Assembly: GCF_016432865.1 (NCBI RefSeq)
Contig: NC_067401.1
Location: forward strand, 467,232,001 to 467,296,000
Origin: Antechinus flavipes
Lineage: Eukaryota
Direction of reading: 5' to 3'
Length of the DNA stretch: 64,000 bases
Below the pieces are notes generated by a model, which had not been told where the DNA came from, did no database searches, and was given only the letters and a program-made list of their open reading frames with translations. Each line of letters opens with the position of its first letter. Within the stretch, counting starts at the first letter, position 1. Below, in pieces: positions 1 through 12,764 of this stretch. The position numbers and the translations under genes were made by a program.

Positions 1-254
1 GTAGTCTTTTAAACATTATAAAATGTCAGAGCTTAGCCAATGACAACAATCCATTCTTAAGACTGCAGGCAAGGGGTGTGCTAGTAAACTTTGAACAATC
101 TTCTCTCAGAAAAAAAAAAATAGAACAGATATTTAAGTTTAATTTACATCACTGCCATTTTCTCAGTTACTTTGTTAAGTGTAGACAAAACAATGAGTTA
201 AGTCGTGATCTGCAATGATTTTTAGGTGCAAATGCTCATACTGAGGAAATGGAA

Positions 255-495
255 AAGAGTAAGCATTTATGTAGCACCTATTATATGCCAGGCACTATGT
301 TGTGTGTTTTACAAATATCATCTTATTTGTAATTCTCACAACTATGCTGCAAAGAAGGTGTTGATTTACCCCCAGTTTATAGATGAAGAAATTGAAGCAG
401 AGTCAAATGACTTGTCCAGGATCATACAGCTAGTAAGCATTTGGGGCCGGGTCAGGTTTTCTTGACTCAAGGCTCAGAACATTATTCACTGAACC
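255..495 (-). mobile_element. MIR-family SINE
   Basis: Reverse-complement MIR core (TTTATAGATGAAGAAATTGAAGCAGAG...TGACTTGTCCAGGATCATACAGCTAGTAAG). Confidence 0.7.
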
Positions 496-2294
496 ATCCA
501 GCTGAGAATCAAACAATTGTTTGTCAAGGAGTCATTTGAAGCTGGGTCTAGGACAATCCTGAATGAATGACACATGGTTTTGTTGGAAGGTTTCCTTCCA
601 TATAATAAGTATAGAATCTCGATGTTGGAAGGATCATAAAGGGGTGTCTAACTGAACCCAGAATGCTTGCTTTCAGTCTTTCTTTTTTCCCCATACATCT
701 TTTACATTTTACATTTACTTTATCTGTAAGCAAAATTCTTTATGATTCAACCCTGTGTAAAGGGTTTCCCCTTTTTTTGGTATCCCCATGATTAACAGAG
801 CACCTTGTACATAGCAGGTAGTTAATAAGTGCTTACCGAATTTAACGTAATTATATTGAACAGAAGTCTCATTTACAACAGGCACAATAAGTCATCATCT
901 ACACAAAGACCTCCAAAAGAAGGACTTTTTACCAAGGTAGTCTGTCAGCTCTACTTTGGACAGCTCCGTGTTAAGAAGTTTTCTTTCCATTGAAACCCAA
1001 TCTGCTTCCTTTAAACTCCCCCATTTCCCCCACCACTATTTTCCCCAGTTCTCTCCTCTGGATCTCAGCAAATCAGATTGAATTCCATCCAATATCTGGA
1101 GACAGAGATCATGATTCCCTCTCCAAGATCAATATTCTGTAAACCCCTTAAAGACAGGGACTGTTTAGTTTAATTTCATATTCTCAGCATGTAGCACCCA
1201 CAGTGCTTGGCACATAGTAGGCGATTAATAATGCTTATTGCACTGACATGAATTAATATCTTCCCTTGTCTCAACTCTCAGTTATTTAGGGAGTTTCAGA
1301 AGGGAAGGTTTTGAGCCTCCTTATGAGCTTGACCTGCCATTCACTAAATTTGGAGTTGTGAAGTCATGGATTCAAAGACCTTCCAAACACTTATTAGCTG
1401 TGCGATCTTGAGCTAGTCACTTAAAGGAGTTGGAATCAAGGTCCCTTTCGGGCCTCAACCTCTGATCTTGCGACCATTCTGGTTTTAGGGCCACAGGAAT
1501 TATAGAAGACTGTCTATTAATTTATGGGCAAGGAAAGCTGATTAAGGTGATCAATTTGGTGAGCTACACATAAGCTAAAGTAAGCGATTTCCCAGAGTAC
1601 ACTTAGATTCAGAGTAACAATAAGTCAAAGAGACAGTCACATATAAATAACAAATGAAAATGAAATAGAAAAAGAAATGAGCCACATGCACTTAAATAAG
1701 CAAATGGATTCATGGCATATGTTTGTGTGTTCCCTCTAGTGATACACACGGAAACAGATCACGCGAGATTCTGCTCTCTTTTCACTAAGTTGTCGCATGG
1801 GATCAGTCAATGTTCTGAAAACCTCGGCGGCCTTCTCTTTATATTATTATTATGAGTTCACAGACCATTCGTCAATTGGCCTCTTGCCAGATCAATCCCG
1901 GGGTCATCATATTAAAGTTGCTGCTTGCCTATTTTTCTTATTTACACATCTTTGATAAGATGGAAAACCATTACAGTAAAATGGGAAAAATACAGAATTT
2001 GGAGTCTAAGGATGGATTTTGCAGGTAGAAAACATGGGGGAAATCCAGTTTGACATTCACTCCCTCTATGACCTTAGAGAAATCACCCAAACTCTCTGCT
2101 CCTCGGTTCCCTCCTTTGTAAAATAAGAGCAGGGTGTTCACTGAGCCCGACAGTCCCTCCCAGCCCTAAGTGGATGCTTTCCTGCTCTTTAACTTCAGAC
2201 CTCATCTGTAGTGTGTGACAGCCTGTTCCTGCCCTTTGCACAACTCTCCATTGGCTTCTGGCTAATGGTTTTCAATTCTTTGGAGGCTGGAGGG

Positions 2295-2430
2295 CTCCAT
2301 GACTCACTGGCTGACAGAATCACTCCAAATACTTGTTAAAATGTCTCGCACTTCAGTAGCCGGTGCCCGTTTGACCCAGCTGACTCAGGACCCCGGACCA
2401 CGTCTGGGTTTCTGTGCAACCACACAGGGA
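2295..2430. promoter_or_regulatory. Candidate enhancer: AP-1, ARE and RUNX motif cluster
   Basis: TGACTCA at 2300-2306; GCTGACTCA at 2379-2387 (reverse complement TGAGTCAGC, NRF2/BACH-MAF-like); AACCACA at 2418-2424; locally CpG-rich. Motif evidence only. Confidence 0.3.
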
Positions 2431-3669
2431 CCTTAGAGCCACTCGCTGAATGAGGGGCCCCGGGACACACAGATGCCCTTGTTCAGAGACACATAAGCTT
2501 CAGCTCTTGGCAGGGGGGTGGAGGGAGGGAAACGACATCGTGTCCTTTTTGAGTGAAAACAATTTACACCCCTCTTAGGTCACGACTGCCCCTTGTTTCA
2601 TGAACCCCTGAGAGAGAGAAGCTCAAGCACCAAGATGGTCTTCAGAATTGCCCTAACCCTTCACATTTTCCAAGAGCTATACAATGGAGGACTTATAACT
2701 TATTCATCACAGAGAGCCAAGTAAAAAGTGAATAGTCAGAGAAACAGGGACAAGACGTTTAATGGACCGGGGGCTTGATCAGTGTCAGGAGGTTGGGGTT
2801 AGGCTAGAATTCTGAGCCAAAAGTCTCAACTCGGTCACTTTTCCCCTTCTCTTTGTCCCCAACTCCAATACTCACATAGCTATAGAAGCAGCAGTTTAAA
2901 GCAGAAAGAAGGGGGGGGGTATGTTTTCCATTTTGAGAAAATTTCTCAAAGCCCAATTTGTTTTTGTTTTTCCTTAGAAAGGGTGTAAGAAAAAATGTCC
3001 TGGCCAACAGAACCCTGGGGGAGTAACATAACCTTAGACATCATATTCTCCTACTTAACATATCTTTGTGATCTCAACCCAACTCAACCCAACTGTCCCT
3101 TCCTAATCCTAATCTTCCCCAATGAATTGACTTGAATGAGGAATAAAATGGTCAGGTATAAAGATAAAAAGTCCCTTAAAAGCCCTGGTTTCTTACAAAT
3201 CAGATTGCTCTGATGCCAAATATTTCTCTTTTTTTGTTTCTTTTTATTTACAAGATATATGTGTGGATACTTTTTCAGCATTGACCCTTGCAAAACCTTC
3301 TGTTCTAACTTTTCCCCTCTTTCTCCCATCTCATGTATTTATGTTAAAGTATATGCTAAATACAATATATGTATACCTATCCATACAATTATTTTGCTGT
3401 GATACCAAATATTTCAATGAGACAAATCTGGGGCAGAGTCATCCCCACAGGGGGTAGACTCCCCTCCCTCTAAATTTTCCAAGAGGCCATGAGAAGGTAC
3501 TCCCCTTTACCTTTGGGATATGTCTTTAGGTTGGATTTATCTAAGTTTCTGTGAGTACTCAATTCTCCTTGTAGCCAGGGACTATTTGATTTTTGCCTTT
3601 GTATACCCAGTGGCTGGAGAATAGTAGGTACTTACTAAATGCCGAATGGTGGATTGATTACATTCAGTC

Positions 3670-4170
3670 CTGAAAGCTTTTCAGAGGAGAATAAATCATG
3701 TGGATATCGGATGAAGGAATTGGGGATGTTTAGGTTAGAGAGGAGAAGGTTCAGAGGGTCACGATAATGCCCTCCATGTTTAAAAAGGGCTATTTGCTGG
3801 GATGGTTGTTAGGATGCTCTTCAGAAGACAACGACTAGGGTCTTTTCCTGGAATAAGCAAGGAGGAGAGAGGGAGAGCAGATAATCTCGCTGCCTTCAGA
3901 TACTTGAAAGGCTTCCCCATGGGAAAAGAGACTAGACATGATTGGGTACAAGGTGTAGAAACAGATTTGGCCTTGAATTAGGGGGAAAGAAAGCAAAAGG
4001 ATTTCCTAATGATTCAGTCTGTCTCCAAGTGGGATGCGCTGCTACAAGAGTGTTCTAGGAACTGCTGAGCAGAGACTGAATAATCAATTGTGGGTCATAC
4101 CATTCTCTCAACTAGAGGGGATTCTTGTCAAGGTATTTCCTGACTCGGCTGGCCTCTGGAATTCTGGGTT
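3670..4170 (+). mobile_element. L3/CR1 3' fragment(s)
   Basis: TGAAGGAATTGGGGATGTTTAGGTTAGAGAGGAGAAGG and CTTCAGATACTTGAAAGGCT are CR1 3'-region motifs. Confidence 0.55.
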
Positions 4171-5089
4171 TACGGACTGAGCACAGCCTGCCTTGGATCC
4201 CACAAGGGCCAGAAGGATTTATCTATTTATTTCTTGCAATCCTACAATTATGCCAGGCAGAGTCAGCCTCATGTACAAAGCCTCCATTCTTTTGGGAAAT
4301 GTGGTATAGAATATAGACAGCAAATAATAAAGAAAGAATCTTTTTTATTGGCCACTTGTTATCTCTACCCCGCATTTGGCACTTAATCATACAATAGTTT
4401 CCACTGTTTTTCCCTTGTCTCATGTGTTGAGCTTTGTCTTCCCAAAGACACTGTAAGCTCCTCGAGGGCAGAGACTGGTTCACATGCTGCTTTTTATCCC
4501 CTTAATTCTAGTCCCCTTCCAATTTGCCTTTACTTGTATATAGTTCACATGTCAGCTTCCCCATTAGGCAGGGGGACTTTTGCCCTTTTTTGTATCCCCA
4601 GCACTTAACGCAGTGCCTGGCATCTACTGGGCACTTGCTAATCTTTACTAATTGGCACATTTGTGTCCTTCTTAAGACCATGGATCCAGAGCTACAAAGT
4701 ACCTCAAGGCCATCTATGTAATGTCCAGAATGGAGAATAATGCCCCAGCTGTTGTGTGACCAGGGCAGCCCCCATCACCCCTCTCTCTCATTCGGGACTT
4801 TTCCTCTCTCAATGCAACAAAAATAGTATAAACCTTTGGGATTTTTATATCTGTCTGTGGATCTCTCAGGAGCCTGAAGATCATTGTTACATGAATTTGG
4901 TTCCTAGTCTTTGAAAATCAAGCCAGAGTGCACAAAGACGATGCTGGGATGTTCATCTGCATTTTAAAAAGTACCAATAATTTTCAAAAGTCAGTTATAA
5001 TGAGAATACTTCATATTTGCCCACTCTTCCTGTAATGCTCAGTTCTTGCACTCTACTTATACTTGGATGGTGGTATTTGGGGCAGAAAG

Positions 5090-5330
5090 GTCGTACTGTG
5101 AATAAAATGCCAGCCTAGAATCAAGAAGCCTCCCCTTTCTGAATTCAAATCCAAGCTCAGATACCTGTTAGCTGTGTGACCCTGGCAAGTTACTTTATAC
5201 TGTTTGCCTCCGTTTCCTTATCTATAAAATGAAATTGGAGAAAGAAATAGCAAACTACTCTAGTATCTCTGCCAAGAACATCCAGATGGGATCACAGAAT
5301 CAGACATGATGGGAAATGGCTAAGCAACAA
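5090..5330 (+). mobile_element. Mar1-type CORE-SINE (BovB-derived tail)
   Basis: CORE motif CTGTGTGACCCTGGCAAGTTACTT...GTTTCCTTATCTATAAAATG plus the tail GGAGAAAGAAATAGCAAACTACTCTAGTATCTCTGCCAAGAA. Confidence 0.7.
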
Positions 5331-5419
5331 TGGTTATTTCATCTCACCTTGTTTATTTTTTCCTCTGGTTGATTTAATTGTAAATCAAGTTTCCCAATTT
5401 ACTTCTTTGTACTCCCATA

Positions 5420-5680
5420 TAGCAGCCAGGTAGCTGGATAGCTGGGTGAGGCAGTGGATAAAGCATTGGGCCTAAATTCAGGAAGATGGGAGTTCACATT
5501 GTGCCTCAGACACTTAATGGCCATGGGATCTTTGAAAAATCACTTTAATCTGTTTGCCTCGTGTGTAAATCGGAATACTAACAGCACCTCCTTCCCAGGA
5601 TTATTGACAGGATCAAATGAGATAATAATTGTAAAGTACTTAACATAGCTTGGCACACAGTGAGCACTACATAAGTGTTG
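5420..5680 (+). mobile_element. MIR-family SINE
   Basis: Head, core and MIR tail (GGATCAAATGAGATAATAATTGTAAAGTACTTAACATAGCTTGGCACACAGT). Confidence 0.7.
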
Positions 5681-6524
5681 TTGTTAACCCTAGACTACTC
5701 CTAGGTATCACGCTCACATATAGGAGGCCGCATAGCTCAAAAAAAAAATGGAGGATTTGCAACCAGTCGGAGGCTGGGGCTTTCTCCTTTTCTCCGACTT
5801 TTACTTCCTAAGTGATCTTGGAATTTCCTCTTTCTGGGGGTCAATTTCCTTATCTGCAAAATGAAGGGCTTGATCTACCTCAAAGACCTCTCTTAGCTCC
5901 CAATTTTGCATCTGCTGCTTCTAAGACCTTTTCATTAAAACTCCCAACAGGCCAGAGCAGGGCTACATACAATAGGGCTTCACTGGTTGAAGTTTGCATG
6001 TCCCTTAACACAACCTCAGCCCTCAGATCCCCAAGGAAATGGCAAGGATCCCAGAGCCCAGGAAAACCAAATCCCCTTTGTCATGCTGCCCCCTTGGTGG
6101 GCTAGAATCCCAAGGATGCAGCCACAGCACCCACATATATGATCTCTGCTTCCCCTTGGGGGATTGACTGTTGAAATGTCCATGAAAGCACCCCAAGGCT
6201 CCCCACTATCATGAGATTAGCAAGTAGCTGGGAGAAAAACAGCTGAAAAGATGTTAAGGCTCATTCTCCCCCAACCCCAGCGTTTGGTATTCCAGCCCTG
6301 GAGTTCTAAAATAAACATTCATTAGAATTCACAAAAAGTGAAATTCCAAAATGTCTTTGAAAGTAGCCAGTGAATGAATCTCAAAGCAAAGTTGCTTGTT
6401 AAGCCTGAAAGAGAACTTGCAGAGTCTGTAAATTAGCCATATGTGGGATTCTACTTTGGGAGATTTGGGTTAGAAACTTCTCGGGAATGACGCAAACACT
6501 ACTCACTTCACTTCGGTAATCAGA

Positions 6525-7533
6525 AATTATCCAAAATGATGGAAAGTACAAAGGTGGATGCTATTGGGCTCCAGGATATATTATAGTCATTGTTGTGGTG
6601 GTTGTTGTTATTGGAAGGACATCGTTTATTCTGTAGATTTTGTCTGTTCTTTTTTGGAGGGAGGGGGTGATTAAAAAAAGGCAAATTTTTATTTCTAAAT
6701 AAATTATCCAAAATAATGGCAAGTACAAAGGTGGATGCTATTGGGCTCCAGCATGTATTACGGTCATTGTTGTGGTTGTTGTTATTGAAAGCTTCTTGTA
6801 GCTTCAGTTCTGTTCTTTTTTTTGGGGGGGGGAGGGACTGATAAAAAGGCAAATTTATATTTCTAAATAAATTATCCAAAATGATGGAAAGTACAAAGAT
6901 GGATGCTTTTGGGCCTCAGAATGTAATGTTCTTGTTGTTATTGTTATTGGAAGAACATCATTTATTCTGTAGCTTCAGTTCTGTTCTTTTTTGGGGGAAG
7001 GGATGATTAAAAAAAGGCAAATTTATATTTCTAAATAAATTATCCAAAATGATGGCAAGTACAAAGGTGGATGCTATTGGGTTCCAGAATGTAATGTGGT
7101 CCTTGTTGTTATTGTTATTGGAAGAACATCATTTATTTTGTAGCTTCAGTTCTGTTCTTTTTTGGGGGAGAGGGGTAATAAAAAAGGCAAATTTATGTTC
7201 TTAAATAAATTATCCAAAATGATGGAAAGTACAAATATGGATACTATCAGGCTCCAGAATGTATTACAATTGTTGTTATTAGAAGGATATCATTTATTTT
7301 GTAGCTTCAGTCTGTTCTTTTTTTGGGGGGGGGTATGATAAAAAGACAAATTTATATTTCTAAATACATTATCCAAACTGATAGAAAGTACTAGGTAGAC
7401 ACTATTGGGCTCCAGAATATATTACAATTATGGTTATAGTTGCTATTGAAAGGACATCACTTATTTTGTAGCATTGGTTCGGTTCTTTTTTTGGGGGGAG
7501 GTGATAAAAAAGGCAAATGTATCTTCCTAAATA
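6525..7533. repeat. Tandem array, 6 copies of a ~168 bp unit
   Basis: Units start at 6525, 6702, 6870, 7038, 7208 and 7367 (lengths 177, 168, 168, 170, 159, 167). Each begins AATTATCCAAAATGATGG(A/C)AAGTACAAA and ends AAAAAGGCAAATTTATATTTCTAAATA, with a T-run/G-run junction and a variable (TTG)n patch. Confidence 0.95.
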
Positions 7534-8149
7534 AATATGAGCAAACATTGGAAAGATACACCCAGAGACCATGAAATATTGTTTTTGAGTGGCAAATAAC
7601 AATTTCTGTGGACAAAATCAAAAGCGGGTTATCCACCTGCCAATCCCAGAATTCCAGAGTTATGATCTTCCTCACTAGAAACCTTATCCAATCCGTAACT
7701 GACCAACTGCCTCTATAATATCCTTGGCAGGTCATGGATCATAGGCTCATATATTTAAATATGGAGGGGAAACTAAAGGCGATAAAGTTCAATTTTTATA
7801 GGTGAAGAAATTGAGACACAGATTATATGCCTTGTCCCCATAAAGGGGAAGCCACAATTGCCTGATGTAGTTCATCCCACTTTTGTATGGCACTAATTAC
7901 AAGGTCTTTTTTTACCCTGATAACAACTTTTCATTTGCGTATTAGTTCCATCCATCATGTCTCATTCTGCCTTTTGGGACCAAACAGGACACGCTTGATC
8001 CCTTTTCCATATGAAAATAATGAAAATTCAAATATTTGAATACGGCGTTGATGTCCTGCCTCGTCCTTCTCAACTCCAGGGTAAAAGTATCCTCATTTCC
8101 TTCCAAGATGAGCCCATCCTCATATTTGATTTGAGGACTTTCATACTGT

Positions 8150-8346
8150 GGTTGGGCAGTAGCACAATGGATAAAGCAACAGGCCTGATTGCGAGTTCAA
8201 ATCTGACCTCAGACATTTCCTAGCTGACCTAGACATTTCCAAGTCCCTTAACCCTCAGTTTCTTCATTTGTAAAATGACCAGGGGATAGGGAAGTCAAAT
8301 CCCTGTGGCATCCTTGCCAAGACTTAGACACAGCTGAACAACAACC
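8150..8346 (+). mobile_element. Mar1-type CORE-SINE
   Basis: tRNA-like head, CORE motif and RTE-type tail ending GACACAGCTGAACAACAAC. Confidence 0.6.
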
Positions 8347-8804
8347 AAAATCACCATGGTCGGTCTACCCTGGATGCCCTCCAGTCCACAATTTCCTTTC
8401 TAAAACACAGCATCCAGAACTTGCTTTTCCCAACACTCCTTCTCTGATATTTATGTCTGTGTCACCAATGCGTCACAGCTGGCACACCGGCCCTCCTTCC
8501 CTCAATTTTCCTGATTTCCTCTAAGACTGATTCAAACTTCACTCTCTGCAGGGGGGTTGGGGGGGCCTCCCGGCTCTTAGTTCCTCTCTCTCCAAGTTTA
8601 CTTTCTATCTAATTTGTGAGCATTGTACATGAACTTTGGATTGACCCATTTTCCTCATCAGACTGTGAAAAGTCTTGAGGAGCCCTTAAGGGTCTTACCT
8701 ATTTTTTGCACACTACCTGGCACACAGCAGGCACTTAATAAATGCTTATTGATGGATATAACATTCCAGATGTGCTCAGAACACAGAAACTGATATCATC
8801 CTTG

Positions 8805-9010
8805 GCAGCTGGTGGTATAATAAATAGAGCACCAGGTCTGAGTTCAAACATTTACTAGCTGTGTGATCTTATGCAAGTCACTTAAACTTTGCTTGCCTCA
8901 GTTTCTTCATCTGTAAAATGAAGCTAATAATAGCAGCTACCTCTCAGGATTGTTTTGACAATCAAATAAGATAGTGATTGGAAAACACTTATCATAATGC
9001 ACAAAAATAA
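8805..9010 (+). mobile_element. MIR-family SINE
   Basis: TACTAGCTGTGTGATCTTATGCAAGTCACTTAAAC...CTCAGTTTCTTCATCTGTAAAATG core. Confidence 0.75.
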
Positions 9011-10799
9011 GTGTCATATAAGTATTAGCTATTATCATTTTTATTATAATTATTATTATAGTTATTGCTACCTTAGTTCTAAACATTGCACCTCCCTCAC
9101 TGGGGTTTATGCTTGCATTTGATAGTAATTCTTTCTTCCTCCTCCTCCTCCTTCTCCTTTTCCTCCTTTTTTCTCTTTTTCCTCCTCTTCCTCCTCCTTT
9201 TTTTGCTTCCAAGCTCTGTTGAGTTTGTGGGATATTATAAATCCCAATTTAAAAAAAAGAATTGCTGTCTCGCCAATTCTTCCCATGTGGTATTCATAGG
9301 TTGATTTTCTCTCAAAAAATTAAGCACATAGCTTTATATTTATACATTTCTCTGGGCACAGGGGATCGTGAAACAGCCCTCAAGTCAGGAAAAGTGCTTC
9401 TGACATATTCTGGCTGGATGACATAGGTGACTCGCTTAACCCCTTTGTGCTCCAGATGTCTTTTCCGGCCTTACCTCGCCCGCTCTCAGCTGGCAACGAA
9501 ACTAAGACTTTGAAAGTAAAGGAAACCTGATTCTGAAGCTGGGTTCTGCAGGTCAGGTCCCAGAACCCAGACTTCTCCGTGATATAGAGCAGTTGGGAAG
9601 TTAAAAAAAAAAAAAAAGTGGCTTTTCTGACTGGAGGATCCCATGGTTATTACACAAGTAATAAAAGGGAGCCAAAGGCACTAGTTAATAAGCAAACACA
9701 AGAGCCCCCAGGAAGCACAATTAGGAAGGCTCTTGCATGATGAGAGATGCCAGTTGAAAATACATTTTAGCTCCAATTACCTTTCAAGAGTGGAAAGCAG
9801 GACCCACTTTTCCACTTCCCCAGAGCAAAGTGATGCAAGTGAGAGACATGACCCACGTTATTGTTTTCTGCCCACTTACGGAGCTAGCCCACATTCACCA
9901 GACTGCCTAGGTCTGTAGCCTTTCCCCTTTACTCTCATCCCACTCCCTCGGTCACTAGGATCAAAGGACTCCCTCCTTCTCCATCTCTTCATCACTGGTC
10001 CCTGTGACTGCCAGGTTCCATCAAGCCACCCCACAAACCAACTCGTCCCTGCTGTCTCCTTCCAGCCTCTCTGCCTCAGTCTCGCCTCCCAGCTTTATCA
10101 CTGATAATAAATGAAGGCTTCGTCACACATCAGGGCTGTCATGTTATTGAGGCTTGGCTGTGTTTTACTTGAACTGGTCTGAGAGGTTAGACTCACAGGA
10201 GAGAGCAAGAGAGCTGAGTAGGACTTGGGAATCAGTGAGAACAGGATTCAAATCCTGCCTCTGGTACTTAGTGGGCTGGGCGACTTTAGGTAAAGTATTT
10301 AATTTCCTTTGGCTTCATTTTTTATCAGCAAAATGGTGGGGATGGGGGCTGGACTTGGTGACCTCTGAAAGGGAGATTTGTGGCAAAACTTACTAGCTGG
10401 TCAACCTGAACAAATGACTTATTCCTTGCCTCAATTTATTCATCTGTTGAATGGAAATCATAGCAGCTGCCTCCCAGGAGTGTTACAACAAAAAAAAGAT
10501 AATATTTTAAAAGTGCATTGTGAAGCTTAAAACAATATATAAAGGATAATGTTAACATTATTAATAATGTTTTAATATCACTAATATTTAATAATAACAA
10601 TAGATGATGAATAAATCAGCTCATCCAAGTCTCTATTTTCTTGTCTAAAAAAAAGAGCGTAAGGACCATGTGGTCTCTTCTAGCCTAACAGGATCCTAAT
10701 AGTCTGTGTTGGAAATCTGACCACTTGGGGGATCCATTATAAGAGATGTTCCTTTCTGGCATCGAATGCAATAGATCATTGCTGGGGACCTTCTCAACT

Positions 10800-11075
10800 C
10801 CCCAATTCTAAGATTCTGGGAAGTTCACTCCCCAGGACTGATGCTCTTTCCTCTAAAGTCCTTTCTGGCTCTGACTTTTTATACTTTAAGGTTCCTTTCA
10901 AGTTTGACATCCAGTGTTCTAAGGACTCTTCTAGGAATAGCATTCTTTATTCTAAGATCCATTCCAGTTTTAATATTATCTGTTCCAAGGTCCCTCCCAA
11001 GTTCTGATATTCTCCATTCTGAATCTCTAGCTCTAAAGTTCTATGTTCTGTGGTCCCTTTCATCTAGTAGGGAGC
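10800..11075. repeat. Degenerate ~32 bp minisatellite of the same family
   Basis: Repeated TTCTAAG(G/A)..CC.TTC.AG.TCTGAC.TT motif, e.g. TTCCAAGGTCCCTCCCAAGTTCTGATATTCTCCA. Confidence 0.7.
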
Positions 11076-11189
11076 TTGTAAAAGTTTAACAATTCTCTTT
11101 CCAGGAGGAAAAATATACATAAATATATGCATAATTCATATATGTATATATATATATATACATAGATATATCACTTCCAAGTTTCTTCT

Positions 11190-11342
11190 CTATTAATGTG
11201 TTCTCCATCACTTTTTAAAGTATAGATGACCAACAAACAATAAATCAAGCCCTGACAGATTATTTAATGATTTTTTGATTTACACTGAAAACTTATCAAT
11301 CAGTTTCAGAATCCAGTTCAAGCTAGCTCACGCATCCTCCTG
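11190..11342 (+). mobile_element. Marsupial DNA-transposon-like remnant (second copy at ~70-250)
   Basis: Shares TTCTC..TCACTTT.TTAAGT.TAGA...AAACAAT...TCAAG collinear blocks with 70-250. The family assignment is uncertain. Confidence 0.4.
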
Positions 11343-11929
11343 TTTCCATCTCTAAATTTCTGTAATTCTCAATCCCTTCCCTGCCAGTGGCTTCCTACAT
11401 GAACCCTGGACAAAGTTCTTCAGTTCCCTGGACTTTATTTTTTTGTATCTTTAAGACCAGTACAAAGATGCTCACTTTTGCTATTTTTATTGCTTTTATT
11501 ATTACTTGGTTTACTTATTTATACTATGTATGTATTCATTGTATTGATTTATATATTTTGTGAGAAAAGTCTGCTATGCATGTATTATCATCACTTGTCC
11601 CTACAAAGCACCGCGTAAATGTCTGGGATTATTTTTAGTAGCCATAACATCGTAAGCACTATCATGAGGTAAAAAAGGCAGAATTGCTTAAGTTGGGTCC
11701 ATAAGGATACTGAATGAAGACCTTGGAAGTGCACATACTAATTGCTACCATTCACCAGGCTAGCCTTCTCCCTTTTCCATTTATTTATTCAGGATGTCTG
11801 AAAAAGGAAAAAAAAACCAAACTTGTCGAGCTCCCAGTAATGACAATTTCATCATCATCATTAGGGCTGCCTCCACCACCCTGCCCATCTGGTGTCTGCC
11901 AACTTCTTGCTTAATTGCTGGCAGCGTTC

Positions 11930-12550
11930 CAGCTGTTTTTGTCTGTCTCTGTCTGTATGTCTCTCTGTCTGCTTTCCTGTCTCTTACTCTGACTCTGGGT
12001 CTACCTCTCTGGCTCCTCTTGTTGTCTCCTCTTTTTCTTTTTCTTCCCCTTTCATCCTCTTCCTTTCCTTCCTTTCCCTTTTCTTCATTCCTTTTCCTTC
12101 TTCCCCTGCTTCTCTATCTCTTCTCCTCTCTCCTTCCCCTTCTTTTCCCCATTGTTTCTCTTTCTCCCACTTCCTCTCTCTTCTCTCTCTTCTCCCTTTT
12201 CCTTTCTTCTTTTCCTTCCCCAACCATTTCTTTTTCTTCTCTTCCCTTTCTCTTTCCCCCTTCTGCTGTCTCTTCTTTTTATTTCCTTACTCTTTTTATT
12301 TCCATCCACTTCCCTTTCTCCCTCTCCTTTTCTCTCTCTTTTTCTCTTTCTCTTCTCCCCATTCCCTCCCTCTTTTCCTTTCTTCCCATTTCCTTTTATC
12401 TCCACCTCTCCTTTTCTCTGTTTCCACCTCATTATTTCTCTTCTCTTCTTTATTTTTCTTCTGTCTCCCTCTTCTTCCCTCCCTCTTTTCTTTTCTTTCC
12501 TTCTCTCTCCACCTATTTCTTTCTCTCTCTCCTTCCCATTTATCCCCCTT
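11930..12550. repeat. ~620 bp polypyrimidine (CT-rich) low-complexity tract
   Basis: Almost entirely C/T on the plus strand. A similar shorter tract lies at 24296-24500. Confidence 0.95.
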
Positions 12551-12764
12551 AAGCCTAGGCTTCAAATGCTGAAAAACAAAACAAAACAAAAAACACAGAA
12601 TAATGTATCATACAAAGTTACTATATCACCTTATATAGTTAATAGCATACAACCTCTTTAGAGAAGGAAGTATTCCAAATCAGTGGATTTTTTTTTTTTA
12701 AAGACTTAAAGCTTATTGCCCTTCAAATACTAAAGCTATTGTTAAGATTTTGTTCTTTTTGAAT

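Noticed and set aside
6525-7533. 168 bp units as a C/D-box snoRNA cluster or CRISPR-like array
   Set aside because: On the minus strand an ATGATGT box-C-like motif is present, but the box-D CTGA occurs in only one unit (the others have CTGG). The whole unit is repeated with no unique spacers, and the genome is eukaryotic with no cas genes.
8937-9304. Arg/Lys-rich and Ser/Phe-rich ORFs
   Set aside because: They come from a (CTC/CTT)n microsatellite next to a MIR.
11794-12661. Long ORFs of 252, 226, 169, 115 and 97 aa
   Set aside because: They are artefacts of the CT-rich low-complexity tract (S/F/L/P or K/R/E/G runs), which contains few possible stop codons.
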